Positions 62,170-64,000 of a DNA stretch of 64,000 nucleotides are shown here, in pieces. The notes under the pieces were generated by a model. The model did no database searches and was not told the origin of the DNA. It saw only the letters and a program-made list of their open reading frames with translations. The stretch is from Pristiophorus japonicus (taxonomy: Eukaryota). A program made the translations under genes and the position numbers. Within the stretch, counting starts at the first letter, position 1. Every line of letters starts with the position of its first letter. The DNA lies in NCBI RefSeq assembly GCF_044704955.1, contig NC_092001.1, positions 19,778,001-19,842,000 on the forward strand. The letters are read 5' to 3'.

Positions 62170-63000
62170 AAAAAGATAAGTTTGAAAGCATGTTGTGAGG
62201 AGGACGCAAAAAATCTGCAAAGGCATATCGATAGTCTAAATGGATGTGCTAAAATAATGGCAGATGGGGTATAATGTGGAAAATGTGACGTTATCTTCTT
62301 TGTTATGAAAAATAAATAAGCAAATTATTATTAAATGGGGAGGGATTCCAAATTGCTGTGGTCCAGATTGGTCAATGGTTCTTGTACATAAAACACAGAA
62401 GGTTAGCATGTAGGTACAGCTAGCAATTAGAAAAGGCAGCAGAATGTCTGGCTTTATTTCAAGTGGGACAGAATATAGAAGTCCTGCTAAAACAATACAG
62501 GTTGGCAATAAGACTACAGCTGGAGTATTATGTACAGTTTGGTCACTTTAGTTGAGAAACGATTTACTTGCATTGGAGGCAGTTCAGAGAAGGTTCACAA
62601 CTTTGATTACTCGGATGAAAATGTTGTTATAAGAATAAAGGTTGAGCAGGATGGGTGTGTATACATTGGAGTTTAGAAAACTATGAGGTGATCTTATTTA
62701 AATGTGTAAGATTCTATAGTGGCTTGATGGGGTAGACGCAGAGATGCTGCTTCCTCTAGTGGGGGAAATCTAGAACCAGGGGACATAGGTTCAGAATAAC
62801 GGATCGCCCATTTAAATTACAAATGAGAAGAAGCAATTTATTCTCTCAGGGGCGCGTGAATCTTTCGAATTCTCTTCGACAGAGAGCTGTGGAGGCAGCT
62901 TCTATGAATCTTATTAAATGGAGATAGACTGATTTTTAAACGAGAAGGGAGTTCAGGGTTATGTGGAGTGGGCATGGAAGTGGAGTTGCGGCCAAGATCA
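62170..63000 (+). mobile_element. CR1 3' fragment
   Basis: CEEDAKNLQRHIDSL; LEAVQRRFT; SRTRGHRFRI. Confidence 0.8.
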
Positions 63001-63764
63001 GATGTTCTTCCCAAAGACTCAGGTCCAATCACAGAGGCGAGAGCGGAGTAAAATATTTGGCTCTCGGAATGAAATTCCTGGACCGACCTGAGAGCACTGA
63101 AAGTTAGGCGAACCTGCGAATGACATTTCTCGACAGAGGTGGGTGTAGTGTAATGTAGGTGAACCTGGTCCTTAAATATCTAGACTGACTGAGGGAGCAG
63201 TGTAATCTAGGGAGATGTTGTGTGAACTCCTGGAGTGAGATGGGAGCCCTATCTGGGAAGTCCCATCATCGTATCACTGGAATCATCTCAGAGATCCTGA
63301 TGTCATGATTATTTATTTATTCTGAATGTTTTACCGTTATTTTCTGTAATGCAATAATTCAGAAATCATTTTAGAGGCCGTCCATTTTTTATTATTTTAT
63401 TCCTTCCTTTTATCAGCCAATTTCTCGTCTTTTGTTCTCACTTGGAGTTGAATAGAGGAAGCGAAACTCTGTTCGCTCTGTTCTGTCCACGCTATGTTAT
63501 TGGCGGTTAAATATCCGCTGATCATTTAGTTCCAGTCAGTGTCTCCTTTGTCACGATCTCAAGTTCTGCAATAATGGCACTGCTTCTGATGGGTGGAACA
63601 GGATTACAAGCGTCATTAACATTCACAAACAAAATGTTCGTTCAGCCAGATTTCATTCATTAATTTCCAATCTTTAATTTGAATTTGCAATTTGGTCCCA
63701 TGCCGATCTGTCACAGTTCAGTGCGTCTCTCAGCGAGAAACAGAGTGGAAATACCTGTTGCCTC

Positions 63765-64000
63765 TGGCTGTACACTCCTGATCTTTGGCCCCTCGTGCGG
63801 AGGGGGAGCGGAAGGTCAGAAGGCCTCCTCGTCGGACTGCTCCGGGACATGGCCAAGCGGACTATCAGCTGGTCCAGGCAGCGGGCGGTCGAGAGGATCG
63901 TTGAGCCCGGCTGCCTCCCTCTCTACCGCGGATGCATTCAAGCCAGCGTGTCCCTGGAAATGGAGCACGCGGTGCCCACCGGAACGTTCGCGGCCTTCCA
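63765..64000 (+). mobile_element. 5'-truncated Tx1 copy (runs off window)
   Basis: cacactcctgatctttgg...gtcagaaggcctcctcgtcggactgctc matches 7685-7915. Confidence 0.85.

Overview
Eukaryotic, repeat-rich genomic DNA from a cartilaginous fish (shark). The main feature is one germline IgNAR (heavy-chain-only antibody) cluster on the minus strand, about 10.7-25.2 kb: leader - V - D - D - J - C1 - C2 - C3 - C4 - C5/secretory tail. RSSs and splice sites are recognisable, but almost every segment carries inactivating lesions, so it is a pseudogene. Only two D segments are visible, and no TM exon lies in the window. The rest is mostly retroelements: a full-length Tx1-clade LINE nested in a CR1 with a target-site duplication, many CR1, L2 and RTE fragments, tRNA-derived and Deu-type SINEs, an ERV-like LTR with PBS, and a degraded Gypsy integrase. 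There are also four minisatellite families and a damaged first exon of a GPR139/142-like GPCR whose 3' end is tandemly quadruplicated. The most notable non-routine observations are a ~1-kb segment duplicated between two IgNAR introns that keeps a perfect NF-kB palindrome, the two-D IgNAR layout, the frame-preserving GPCR exon repeats, and the Tx1 3'-end/target pattern. Family assignments come from recalled motifs, not database searches, and repeat boundaries are approximate.
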